A stretch of 48,924 bases of DNA from a virus, in IMG/VR virus record IMGVR_UViG_3300045988_100566, one strand, 5' to 3'. The notes under the pieces are model-generated. The model worked only from the letters and a program-made list of their open reading frames with translations, was not told where the DNA came from and made no database searches. A program made the position numbers and the translations under genes. Below, piece by piece: positions 16,173 through 24,889 of the stretch (its first letter is position 1; the number at the start of each line of letters is the position of its first letter).

Positions 16173-16430
16173 TTATTTTTCAAATGGTCTTAATGGAGCT
16201 ATGGTTCTTTCTATAATCGCTGCTAATTTTTCATATGAAGAAACTTCTTTACTATCCAGGAACTCAATAAACTCTTCTTCAGAAGATTCAACTGCTGCTT
16301 TCTTTAGATACTTAGAAGTAGAATTGTACTTCTTATCTTTGATATCTTCAAAAGCTTTTGAAAAGCCTTCTTGAATCTTCTCAAGTTCCTTCACCATACC
16401 ATTTCTTCTCTCAAGATACTCCTTTAACAT
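16173..16430 (-). CDS. Hypothetical protein
   Basis: 85 aa helical acidic protein. AAGGAGGAAAG RBS. Confidence 0.6.
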   Translation of the reverse strand: MLKEYLERRNGMVKELEKIQEGFSKAFEDIKDKKYNSTSKYLKKAAVESSEEEFIEFLDSKEVSSYEKLAAIIERTIAPLRPFEK

Positions 16431-16443
16431 TTTGCTTTCCTCC

Positions 16444-16581
16444 TTAAATTGCTTTTATTACTTTAACGACATGACCAACAGATTCCATCTCAGCTTTTCT
16501 CTTGAGTGCAGCCTCCATTGTATCATATACATTCCAGCCTAACTTCCAACCTCTACCACATTTTACTTTTAATCTAAACAT
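16444..16581 (-). CDS. Small hypothetical protein (45 aa)
   Basis: MFRLKVKCGRGWKLGWNVYDTMEAALKRKAEMESVGHVVKVIKAI. AGAGGAGGAAAAC RBS directly after the class-I leader of P6. Below the track cutoff. Confidence 0.65.
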   Translation of the reverse strand: MFRLKVKCGRGWKLGWNVYDTMEAALKRKAEMESVGHVVKVIKAI

Positions 16582-16627
16582 ATCGTTTTCCTCCTCTAAG
16601 AAATTTGTTTTGGTTGATTATGATATT

Positions 16628-16656
16628 ATTATACCACAAATATCTCATTTTGTAAA
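16628..16656 (-). promoter_or_regulatory. Class-I promoter P6
   Basis: AAAAACCTATTTACA-17 nt-TATAAT. -35 at 16651..16656, -10 at 16628..16633. Confidence 0.75.
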
Positions 16657-16678
16657 TAGGTTTTTGCATTTTTTTATT

Positions 16679-19423
16679 TTATCTTATCGATCTAGCATAT
16701 AAAGCTGAATTGTACTTCTTAACTCTATCTATATAAACTTTCTTTTTAAACTCCAAAGCACCTTGCTCTTTTAACGTATCTATAACCCTGGACGTAACTA
16801 CTCTCGATTTGCATCTGTCATAAAAATCATCAAAGTTTACAAATACGCCATTTTTCTTTCTTTCTTCAAGAATGAATTGAGCTGCTTTTTCTCCTACGTT
16901 TTTTATATCGGAAAGCCCTTGTTGAATAGCGTTTTCTCCTTGAACTTTTCTTAATTCCGTCTTTGGAAGAGAAAAATTTACATGGGGTAAAAATATTACA
17001 GATCCATCTCCTACTGCTTTTTCACAAAACCTATTGTATTCGGCTTCATCTTTTGCATATTTGAGTTTCGCAAACCAATACTCATTCGGATAGTATACTT
17101 TGTAGAACATCTCTTCTACACTAATTAATGAATAACCAACACCATGTCCTTTGTTGAAAGTGTAAGCTGTCATATTATCAAAAAGCTGCTCAGCTTCTTC
17201 TTTAGACATTCCGCATGTCTCTTTGGCACCAGCAATAAACTTATCTAATAAGCCTTGTCTTTGCTCATTATAAAGTTTTAATGCTTTTTCTGTCATCTGA
17301 TGGCCTTTCATCATTTTCATAACTTTATCGGCATCACCCCAATCCATTTTTCCTATACCGATACATATTCTTTGCACCTGTTCCTGATAAATGATTGTAC
17401 CATAAGATTCTGACGTATATTCCCAATAATATGAGTGCTTTGCATCTTCTGGATCCGCTTTATTTTCTGCATAAGCTTGCGGCATCTTAAGACTTAAAGG
17501 ACCAGGTCTATTCATTGAAGAAGCAGCTACTATATCGTCAAAGCAATCACAATCAATATCATTCAATATGTTTCTTGCTGTTGCTTTTTCAAACTGAAAT
17601 ACTCCATCACATTTTCCTTCTTTGAAATTTTCAAGAATCTTTTTATCTTCTACAATTTCATCATAAACTGCTACTATTCCTGTATTGAATCTTAAATCGC
17701 TTATAGATTCCATTGTCTTAAGTCCGAGAATATCAAACTTAATTACATTTATTGCTTCAACATCTGAAAGATCGTAGTTGGTAAACTCATCACCTTTTGA
17801 GTCTATCTTTAAAGCTACATAATCTAAAAGATTTCCTCCGGTTATTGCTACACCAGCTGCATGAGTTCCTATAAATCTTACTTTTTTGAACAGTTTGCAA
17901 AAATGATTAAGAATATTGTCATATTCTTTATTGTACATTTTTCCTTCATTTGAGTTTAGCAAAGACTCTTCGTCCAGAGTTCCATCTTGAATACAGCTAT
18001 TTACAAAAGACTTTATATTTGAAATCTCTTGTTTATTTATTTTTTTCTGCTCATCATCAATATCTCCAGATGTTTCAAGACCGCATACTTTTGCCAAGTC
18101 ATTAATCAAATTGTCTACTTTATACAATCCATAAGAACATATTCTTGCAGCATGTCCTTCATATTTTTCACAAAGATATTCAATAACTTCATGTCTTCTA
18201 GAAGTTTGAAAGTCTAAATCAATATCTGGAAATTTCTTTTTGTCTTTTCTTAAGAACCTTCTGAAATCAAGCCCGAATCTTAAGCTATCTACTTCCGTTA
18301 TTTTTAAAGCATATGCTACAAGGCTATTACAAACAGAACCTCTTCCTGGGCCTACAGCTATTTTTCGACCCTTAGCCCAGTTTACATAATCAGCCACTAT
18401 AAGAAAATAGTCTTCGAATCCATGGAACTTTATTACTTCCAATTCTTCTTTACATCTTTCGATATACTCTTTCTTATTTTTTCCTCTTTCTTTAAGTCCT
18501 TTCCTTACCTTGTTTAGCAATACTTTATAAGAAGATTCATTTTCATTTCCTTCTACTTTCGGAAGCTTTAACTCTAACTTATCTAAGTAATTATTTTCAC
18601 ACTTTTCTTCTATCTCTTCCAGATTGCGAATCATTTGTATTCCGAATTTTTTGCACTCAGCCAGTGAATCGAAATCATCTTTGTGCATTCTTACAAATCT
18701 TTTATATATCTCCTCTTCTGTTGGCATATATCTTTCAGCATATGTTTCTTCGATATGCTCCATATTATGCCCCGCTATCTCATGCATTTTAAGATAACTT
18801 GGTAAGTCTTCTTTAAGCCCTCTATGTGAATCAGATGTAAGTATGCATTTAATACCAAGCTTATTTGCTAACTTCATAGCTTCGACATTTACTTTTTCCT
18901 GCATGCCTACATCTGATATTTTATAAGGCTGAATCTCTACATATAAGTCATCTTCAAAAATGCTCTTCATTTTCTTAAGAAACTTAATCGCCTTATCTTT
19001 CTCATCTTTTATGATACACTGTGCAAGATATCCTGCTACACAAGCTGTTGAACAAATAAGTCCTTCATGGTATTTTTCTAGCAATTTGAAATCCCAAATA
19101 GGATTGTAATATTTCTGCTTTTCACCCTCATACTGAATCCTATTTAAGTTTCCATAACCTTCAAGATTTTTGGCTACCAAAATCAAATGATAACCTCTTG
19201 TTTGTGGCTTATGAACTGGTAAAAAATATCCTTCTACTCCTAAGATAGACTTTATACCTACCTCTTTGCAAGCTTGGTATGTCTGAATTAAGCTATTGGT
19301 GTTTCCGTGGTTAGTTGTACTTAAAGAAGTATGTCCTTTGCTTTTGGCAATTCTAGCCAATTCTAATGGTTTTCCAAAACCATCAAAAGTTGAAAACTCA
19401 TCATGTCTATGTAAATCAACCAT
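16679..19423 (-). CDS. dnaE: DNA polymerase III alpha-type replicative polymerase (DnaE-like, PHP domain, shortened C-terminus)
   Basis: 914 aa. PHP motif VDLHRHDEFSTFDG, palm/fingers segments GPGRGSV, PDIDLDF, SMNRPGP, IIYQEQV. Confidence 0.9.
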   Translation of the reverse strand: MVDLHRHDEFSTFDGFGKPLELARIAKSKGHTSLSTTNHGNTNSLIQTYQACKEVGIKSILGVEGYFLPVHKPQTRGYHLILVAKNLEGYGNLNRIQYEGEKQKYYNPIWDFKLLEKYHEGLICSTACVAGYLAQCIIKDEKDKAIKFLKKMKSIFEDDLYVEIQPYKISDVGMQEKVNVEAMKLANKLGIKCILTSDSHRGLKEDLPSYLKMHEIAGHNMEHIEETYAERYMPTEEEIYKRFVRMHKDDFDSLAECKKFGIQMIRNLEEIEEKCENNYLDKLELKLPKVEGNENESSYKVLLNKVRKGLKERGKNKKEYIERCKEELEVIKFHGFEDYFLIVADYVNWAKGRKIAVGPGRGSVCNSLVAYALKITEVDSLRFGLDFRRFLRKDKKKFPDIDLDFQTSRRHEVIEYLCEKYEGHAARICSYGLYKVDNLINDLAKVCGLETSGDIDDEQKKINKQEISNIKSFVNSCIQDGTLDEESLLNSNEGKMYNKEYDNILNHFCKLFKKVRFIGTHAAGVAITGGNLLDYVALKIDSKGDEFTNYDLSDVEAINVIKFDILGLKTMESISDLRFNTGIVAVYDEIVEDKKILENFKEGKCDGVFQFEKATARNILNDIDCDCFDDIVAASSMNRPGPLSLKMPQAYAENKADPEDAKHSYYWEYTSESYGTIIYQEQVQRICIGIGKMDWGDADKVMKMMKGHQMTEKALKLYNEQRQGLLDKFIAGAKETCGMSKEEAEQLFDNMTAYTFNKGHGVGYSLISVEEMFYKVYYPNEYWFAKLKYAKDEAEYNRFCEKAVGDGSVIFLPHVNFSLPKTELRKVQGENAIQQGLSDIKNVGEKAAQFILEERKKNGVFVNFDDFYDRCKSRVVTSRVIDTLKEQGALEFKKKVYIDRVKKYNSALYARSIR

Positions 19424-19425
19424 AA

Positions 19426-20121
19426 TTATTCACCTATATTTTTGAGATATTTTTCGTAGTCCCTTTTATAAAGATGCAGAGAACCTGCTATGTGTGTATA
19501 TGTTCCAAGTTCTAAGCCTAACTCCATAGACAACAAAACTTGTAAACATGTGAACTGAAACACATCATACGGAAATCCCATCCATAAATCATTTGACCTC
19601 ATATATGTTGTCATATACAACTTTCCTTCTCTAACGAAAAACTGCAAACATACTGTGCAATTCAAATCCTTCGTTGGATTCTCCAACGTATTTCTTGGTT
19701 CCTTGATGTGAATCACGGCTTGTCTTGTTTGACTGTCTTTCATAAGCAAATCTTTCACATACTTATACTGATCGAACCCGTACTTCTTTTTGATACACCA
19801 GCCATAATTGCTGTTTACTGTTTCTCCGTCATCAGACATTCTTTCCCAAGCTGAAGTATATTTACTTATCTCTTTTACATCATTATTTGCCGATAAGTAC
19901 CAGAGCATTTCTCCTATAGCATATCTCATAGAAAGTTTTCTTGTCGTATTAGTCATTATATTTTTTGTGGGATTTTCTATTACTGTCACAGCATTCAATA
20001 CTTCATTTACAACTTCGCCATCTCTGCTTTCCGATTCTTTAATTTCTTTTGTCATGATGTCGTACCATTTAAGCCATGCATCATCTGTACTTCTACTCTT
20101 AACAACTAAGTTTTCCAGCAT
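19426..20121 (-). CDS. ThyA-fold pyrimidine C5-transferase with Asp at the specificity position (dCMP hydroxymethylase/methylase-like)
   Basis: Start at MLENL (AAAGGAGAAAAA RBS). Aligns without gaps to ThyA: LNCTVCLQFFV vs APCHAFFQFYV (catalytic Cys155) and YMRSNDLWMGFPYDVFQF vs YQRSCDVFLGLPFNIASY. Asp186 (19564-19566) replaces the Asn. Confidence 0.7.
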   Translation of the reverse strand: MLENLVVKSRSTDDAWLKWYDIMTKEIKESESRDGEVVNEVLNAVTVIENPTKNIMTNTTRKLSMRYAIGEMLWYLSANNDVKEISKYTSAWERMSDDGETVNSNYGWCIKKKYGFDQYKYVKDLLMKDSQTRQAVIHIKEPRNTLENPTKDLNCTVCLQFFVREGKLYMTTYMRSNDLWMGFPYDVFQFTCLQVLLSMELGLELGTYTHIAGSLHLYKRDYEKYLKNIGE

Positions 20122-20132
20122 TTTTTCTCCTT

Positions 20133-21248
20133 TTATTTTAAAATATTTTCCAATTCTTTCTCTACACAATCTGCAATCGTATCAGCTTTCAGCTTTTCCA
20201 TATCTTTCTTCATTGTTTCAAAGCCGATTTTTGAACCAGACAAAATCATGCTTCTGAGTTTGACATACATTTCTTCCACATTATGGCAATAGCCATAATA
20301 GTCATCTGAGAATATCTCCGCATATCCAAACTTTTTAGGAAGTAAGCATTTTACTCCATAACATGCACAATCTGTAGTTGAAGAACACCACATACCTTCT
20401 GAATCAAAAAATGTATTCAAATGAATACCTACTTCTTTTGACTTTAAGAAGTTAACATAAGTTTCAGTATCAGACAATTCTACTTTTTTAAAGTATGGCT
20501 TGTCTTTTTCTACATCAAAATCTTTCCCGGAAGGATTTGTAAAATATACTGTTGGCATATTTTCTAAGCCTAAGTCGTCCTCTAACATATCCATTACTCT
20601 TACTAAGTTGTTATACGCACTTTTGTAATATACATCTGAAGAAAGCCTGTGGTTGTAGATTATGTTCATTCCAACATCAGCCTTTAAGTCCATAATCTCT
20701 TCATTCGCTGTTGGATAGAACACTCTTACATTATTTGTATTATAACCTAACTTCTTCATTTTGTAAATCACAAAATTTGAATTTACAAAACATAAATCGG
20801 CATTTTCTATACCTTCTCTCTGTCTGTATTCCAAAAACTTCATGTTGTCCGCTGCAAGCCAATGTATGTAAGTAACTACTTTTGATTCTTTGAATATATT
20901 CTTCAATGGAAGAACTTTGCTTGGTTCATTTACGAAAATAATGTCATACTTTTCGTTGTTGTTTTTGATTTCCATAAATCGACTTGAATCAAAATCAAAC
21001 CTTTCATTGAATGCACCTGCAAATTCTCTTTTTGTATTTCTAAATACAACTCCATCAAAATTTTTCCAGAAATCATTGTCAAGATCTTCGTACTTCATAT
21101 TAAACTCGAAGCAAACGTCTACTTCGTTTCTCTTAAACATTTGTGTACTGAGGAGTTTTCTTAAGAAAGTAATATTACTATCCTTGTTAAGTAATACTTT
21201 CCCATCTGACGACATACAACTTATCTGAGGAATCCACAAAATTCTCAT
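20133..21248 (-). CDS. GT-B-fold (GT1/GT4-like) glycosyltransferase candidate
   Basis: 371 aa. MRILWIPQ N-terminal Rossmann start, DIIFVNEP, ADLCFVNSNF, NIIYNHRL, and C-terminal DSEGMWCSSTTDCACYGVKCLLPKKFGYAEIF resembling EgfG..lEAmaxGxPvi. TAATG overlap with the radical SAM gene. Confidence 0.5.
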   Translation of the reverse strand: MRILWIPQISCMSSDGKVLLNKDSNITFLRKLLSTQMFKRNEVDVCFEFNMKYEDLDNDFWKNFDGVVFRNTKREFAGAFNERFDFDSSRFMEIKNNNEKYDIIFVNEPSKVLPLKNIFKESKVVTYIHWLAADNMKFLEYRQREGIENADLCFVNSNFVIYKMKKLGYNTNNVRVFYPTANEEIMDLKADVGMNIIYNHRLSSDVYYKSAYNNLVRVMDMLEDDLGLENMPTVYFTNPSGKDFDVEKDKPYFKKVELSDTETYVNFLKSKEVGIHLNTFFDSEGMWCSSTTDCACYGVKCLLPKKFGYAEIFSDDYYGYCHNVEEMYVKLRSMILSGSKIGFETMKKDMEKLKADTIADCVEKELENILK

Positions 21249-22186
21249 TACAAATACCTCCTTTCAGACTTTTTAACATTTTCAAAATCTGAATTAAATT
21301 TCACATATCTATCGCAGTTCTTACAAAAACTATAAAGCTTGTTTTCGTCATCAATTCCATCAAGGTTTTCAACCCTGAATTTTCCTTCCCAATCACAACC
21401 GTTATCATTTGTCGCTCTGCAACATGGGTACTCTGTACCATTCTGATCTATGACTCTATGTACTGCTTTAACATAACATTTTCCAGCAAAAGGTTTTCTT
21501 TTTTCAAACTCAAAACTTTCAACGTTTGTATCCGCTACCTTTTCACCCCTTGCTTTCAAAGTGTTTGATACTTCTGTAATATCAATCATCTGACTCTTTA
21601 CCGAATCAAACATTTCTTTTTTAAGAAATACATCTTCATTGGTGTGCACGGGAAAGAATCTTATTCCTACTACATTATCAAATTTGCAAAACTTCATAAA
21701 CACGTTGAATACATCTGTATAATTCTTAACTGATACCGTCATATTCAGTTTTACTTTAGTTTTAAGACTTCTTATGTTTTCTATCAGTCTTTTATATCTG
21801 CTCACATAGTTCTTTTCTAAACCAGAATACCTTATGCTAGCGTACATTTCTGGTGTACTTCCATCCATACTTGCTTGAACAAATTCTGCTCTTTCTAAGA
21901 ACTCTCTTATATGATTTTGTGATAAATCATAGTCAAGATTCGTAAACACCTGATACTTTAAATCTTTCTTTTCTTTAAGCAGCTCATTGAGTTTTGACAG
22001 TTTAGAATAACTCAATGGATCGCCACCTGAAAAAGTAAAAGTACAGTTTGGATTCTCTTCATAGAATTTGTTTATCTTTTCCTTCAGTAAATCAAAATCT
22101 ATCTCTCTGTGATTCCATGTATACTGTCTGCACATGTAGCATCTCTGGCTGCATCTTGTCGTTAAATCAAACTGAACACTAATCAT
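21248..22186 (-). CDS. Radical SAM enzyme with a Cys-rich (SPASM/twitch-like) C-terminal region
   Basis: CSQRCYMC = CX3CX2C. FSGGDPL (SAM glycine motif). C-terminal cysteines KCY...PCC...GCD...FCKNC. Confidence 0.8.
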   Translation of the reverse strand: MISVQFDLTTRCSQRCYMCRQYTWNHREIDFDLLKEKINKFYEENPNCTFTFSGGDPLSYSKLSKLNELLKEKKDLKYQVFTNLDYDLSQNHIREFLERAEFVQASMDGSTPEMYASIRYSGLEKNYVSRYKRLIENIRSLKTKVKLNMTVSVKNYTDVFNVFMKFCKFDNVVGIRFFPVHTNEDVFLKKEMFDSVKSQMIDITEVSNTLKARGEKVADTNVESFEFEKRKPFAGKCYVKAVHRVIDQNGTEYPCCRATNDNGCDWEGKFRVENLDGIDDENKLYSFCKNCDRYVKFNSDFENVKKSERRYL

Positions 22187-22213
22187 ATCAAATTCTCCTC
22201 TTTACTTGCTAAA

Positions 22214-22699
22214 CTATTTTTCTTTTAAGAACTTTACTATCTTCACTGTTTCATCTAAAGTATCATAGCTTGTTAACATCTTATTTCCGGCATATTTCTC
22301 GAATAAAAATTCGAACATCTCTTCATGCTTAGACAAATCTTTGCCATGCTCTTTTGAAGACCTAGCAATATCTTTTGGCTTTACTGTTACCAGCACAGTA
22401 TTGTTTAAGCTTTCCAGTATGCCATTTATGTACTCATAAGCTTTAGTTCCATCATACTTTCTGTCTATCAAGCCGTAAACTAATTCTGTCATATGAAACC
22501 TGTCAAATACTAAGTCTACTTTATCTTCACATAGCTTCAACATTTCAACTATGGCATTATTTATTTCAACATTGTGAGACATATTATCGAACGGAAATAA
22601 GTTCTTCATACTGAACTTTTTAAACCCCAACTCTTTGCAAAGTTTATTTGCTAAAGTAGTTTTTCCAACCCTGTCTATTCCTTCAATTATTACAATCAT
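22214..22699 (-). CDS. P-loop nucleotide kinase (thymidylate/dNMP kinase-like)
   Basis: MIVIIEGIDRVGKTTLANKL (GxDxxGKTT P-loop) and FDRFHMTELVYG (DRY-like). Confidence 0.65.
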   Translation of the reverse strand: MIVIIEGIDRVGKTTLANKLCKELGFKKFSMKNLFPFDNMSHNVEINNAIVEMLKLCEDKVDLVFDRFHMTELVYGLIDRKYDGTKAYEYINGILESLNNTVLVTVKPKDIARSSKEHGKDLSKHEEMFEFLFEKYAGNKMLTSYDTLDETVKIVKFLKEK

Positions 22700-22720
22700 T
22701 TTTTGTTCCTTTCTTATCTT

Positions 22721-22752
22721 AAAATCTTAAAAAGGGAGCTTAGAAAGCTCCC
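22721..22752 (-). terminator. Rho-independent terminator
   Basis: GGGAGCU-uucua-AGCUCCC (22734-22752) followed by UUUUUAAGAUUUU. Confidence 0.75.
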
Positions 22753-22757
22753 ATTGT

Positions 22758-23117
22758 TTATCGCTTGCTTTCTATTCTTTCTTTAACTACTTCGATTTTG
22801 TTTGAAATAGTTTCTACAAGTTCTTCTGAACTAATTCCAGAAAACATAGCTATATTCATAAGCACAATAAAACAATCAGCAATTTCTTCAGCTTTTCCTG
22901 CTTTATCATACTTTTCATTTCTGAAGTTCTTCCACCTTTTATCTGCATCAAGAACTTCACCTACTTCAGACATAAGCTGAAGGGTGTGGTATGAAGCTAA
23001 CTGAACGTTATCAATTGGCAACCCAGATACTAACTTCACATCATACAAGCCTTTATCCAGCATTTTCTGCTGATTTGTTTTTTGTGCTTCATACAAATCA
23101 GAAAAAGACTTATTCAT
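22758..23117 (-). CDS. MazG-like all-alpha NTP pyrophosphohydrolase
   Basis: Start at the ATGATG after GGGAGG (23117 or 23120). LQLMSEVGEVLDA...EEIADCFIVLMNIA = ExxE...ExxD metal motifs. Confidence 0.65.
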   Translation of the reverse strand: MNKSFSDLYEAQKTNQQKMLDKGLYDVKLVSGLPIDNVQLASYHTLQLMSEVGEVLDADKRWKNFRNEKYDKAGKAEEIADCFIVLMNIAMFSGISSEELVETISNKIEVVKERIESKR

Positions 23118-23931
23118 CATCTTCCTCCCAATCTTCTTCATCATCATACTCATCATCTTCATCCCAATCTTCCTGGGCTTTATCATATTCTTCAAGAAGA
23201 TTGATGTAGTACTTCTTAGGCTTCCTTGGCACAGCTTCAATCTTACGTTTTTTACATTCCTTAAACAATTCCTGAGGTGTCATGGAATCATAATCGTTTC
23301 CATCTTCATCCCAATCTTCTTCATCTTCAGGGTCTTCCTGCTTCTTTGACTTTGATGAAGTTTTTGATGCAGGCTTTCTTTTTGGCTTTTCCTCATAGTC
23401 TTCTTCATCTTCAGCATCTTCACACGGGAAAGCTTTATCCAGCATTTTGAGTATTGCCTTTTCTGCAAAAGGCTTTGCCTTCTTATTTCTGAATTTAACT
23501 TTGTCCATAGGTACTACTGAGAAAGTTTTATTCTGCTGCTTACCTGAAACACTGATAACGTAGTCTCTATCAGTAAGTGTTCCATAGTTCTCATACATAG
23601 CCATAAGAGCGGGAATCGGTGAGCAGTTGTTAACCGGGAACATGAACAGCTGTACCTCTTTTGTTTCATAATTCCAGACAGACCAAATGTATTGAGATCT
23701 CGTTCTGATTCCTTCCTCTTCACAGTAAGGACAATTCCTTCCAAACGTTTCTTCCTGACACGGCACGTTGATGCCGGCTTCAAAGCTGTCATGAAAAGTC
23801 ACTTTCATTCCGTCGTCCATATCATTAAGAAATCTTACTCTCTGCTTTGTACCTTCTCTGAAGTAAATGAATTTCCCTTTGTTCTGTCCTGACTTTTTAA
23901 CGTCGTTTTTGATGTCATCTAATAAACCCAT
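23110..23931 (-). CDS. gp32-like zinc-containing ssDNA-binding protein with C-terminal HeH motif and acidic tail
   Basis: Start at MGLLDD (AGGAGG RBS). FHDSFEAGINVPCQEETFGRNCPYC = H..C..CxxC as in T4 gp32. MTPQELFKECKKRKIEAVPRKPKKYYINLL. Ends EEDWEEDDE. Confidence 0.55.
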   Translation of the reverse strand: MGLLDDIKNDVKKSGQNKGKFIYFREGTKQRVRFLNDMDDGMKVTFHDSFEAGINVPCQEETFGRNCPYCEEEGIRTRSQYIWSVWNYETKEVQLFMFPVNNCSPIPALMAMYENYGTLTDRDYVISVSGKQQNKTFSVVPMDKVKFRNKKAKPFAEKAILKMLDKAFPCEDAEDEEDYEEKPKRKPASKTSSKSKKQEDPEDEEDWDEDGNDYDSMTPQELFKECKKRKIEAVPRKPKKYYINLLEEYDKAQEDWDEDDEYDDEEDWEEDDE

Positions 23932-24889
23932 TTTTATTCCTCCTGAAATCAATCATTGTCTTCTTATACATTTTATCAAAGAGCTGTTGTGTCATTTCTC
24001 CTGGGTCCTTTATACCTTTAAGATACCTAAACCTAACTACATTGAAATGCTCCTTTAAGAATGCTGTTCCTCTTTTCCCACATGGGTCATTGTCTAATGC
24101 ACTTATTATTGTGTTGACACCTTTATCTTTCAGCTTCTTAATTTGCTCACTTGACATCTTCCATCCAAGTATTGCTGCTACATTGCTCTCACCAAATTGT
24201 AAGAACTTTAGTCTGTCCATATATCCTTCTACGATGAAAACATAAGGCTTTAAACCATAACTTCCAACCAACGTTTCAGCTCTTCTAAACCCTTTGTTGT
24301 ACAGGTATTTCCTTTTCTTTTCAATGTCTTTATCGGTTGTTCTACATACCCAACCTTTGAACTTTCCATTGTCAATCATAGGAAACACTATGCTGTAGTT
24401 TTTGTTGTATGTTATCTTAGCTCTGCATTTATTCAACGCTTCCGCATCAAAACCTCTGTTGCTCATATACTTATAAGCTTCAATCTCTTCTGGTTCTTCT
24501 AGATTCCCCCAGTCAGTCTTTTTCAAACCATAATAAAAATCATAAGCTTGATTATATAACTCTCTTCTGACTGGCTTTCGTGACTTCCGATGAGTACTTA
24601 TCTTTATACTGCTGCATTTATCAGACTTAAGAATATCCAAGTAAACTTTATATGATTGTAAATCATCCAAACCGTTGTGCTTGCTTTCCATAAGTTTTAC
24701 AAATTTGTAAGCATCACCTGACAAACCACATCCAAAACAAAACCATGAACCTTCTTCAAGATTTATTATCATACTTGGATTTACATCTTCATGAAAAGGA
24801 CAAACAATTTTTTGCTTTTCAACACCTGTTTCGTATAATAAGTTGTAATACCAAAGTACCTTTGCTAAATTAAGTCCTTTACTTTCAAT
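23915..24889 (-). CDS. dnaG: DnaG-type primase (CHC2 zinc finger + TOPRIM); start codon unresolved
   Basis: CPFHEDVNPSMIINLEEGSWFCFGCG zinc finger, TOPRIM IVEGYMD and ALDNDPCG. CPFH (24791-24802) is upstream of the first ATG (24772). The frame is open to 24916 with no ATG/GTG/TTG. The upper bound given is an in-frame ATT at 24889. Confidence 0.75.
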   Translation of the reverse strand: MESKGLNLAKVLWYYNLLYETGVEKQKIVCPFHEDVNPSMIINLEEGSWFCFGCGLSGDAYKFVKLMESKHNGLDDLQSYKVYLDILKSDKCSSIKISTHRKSRKPVRRELYNQAYDFYYGLKKTDWGNLEEPEEIEAYKYMSNRGFDAEALNKCRAKITYNKNYSIVFPMIDNGKFKGWVCRTTDKDIEKKRKYLYNKGFRRAETLVGSYGLKPYVFIVEGYMDRLKFLQFGESNVAAILGWKMSSEQIKKLKDKGVNTIISALDNDPCGKRGTAFLKEHFNVVRFRYLKGIKDPGEMTQQLFDKMYKKTMIDFRRNKNGFIR

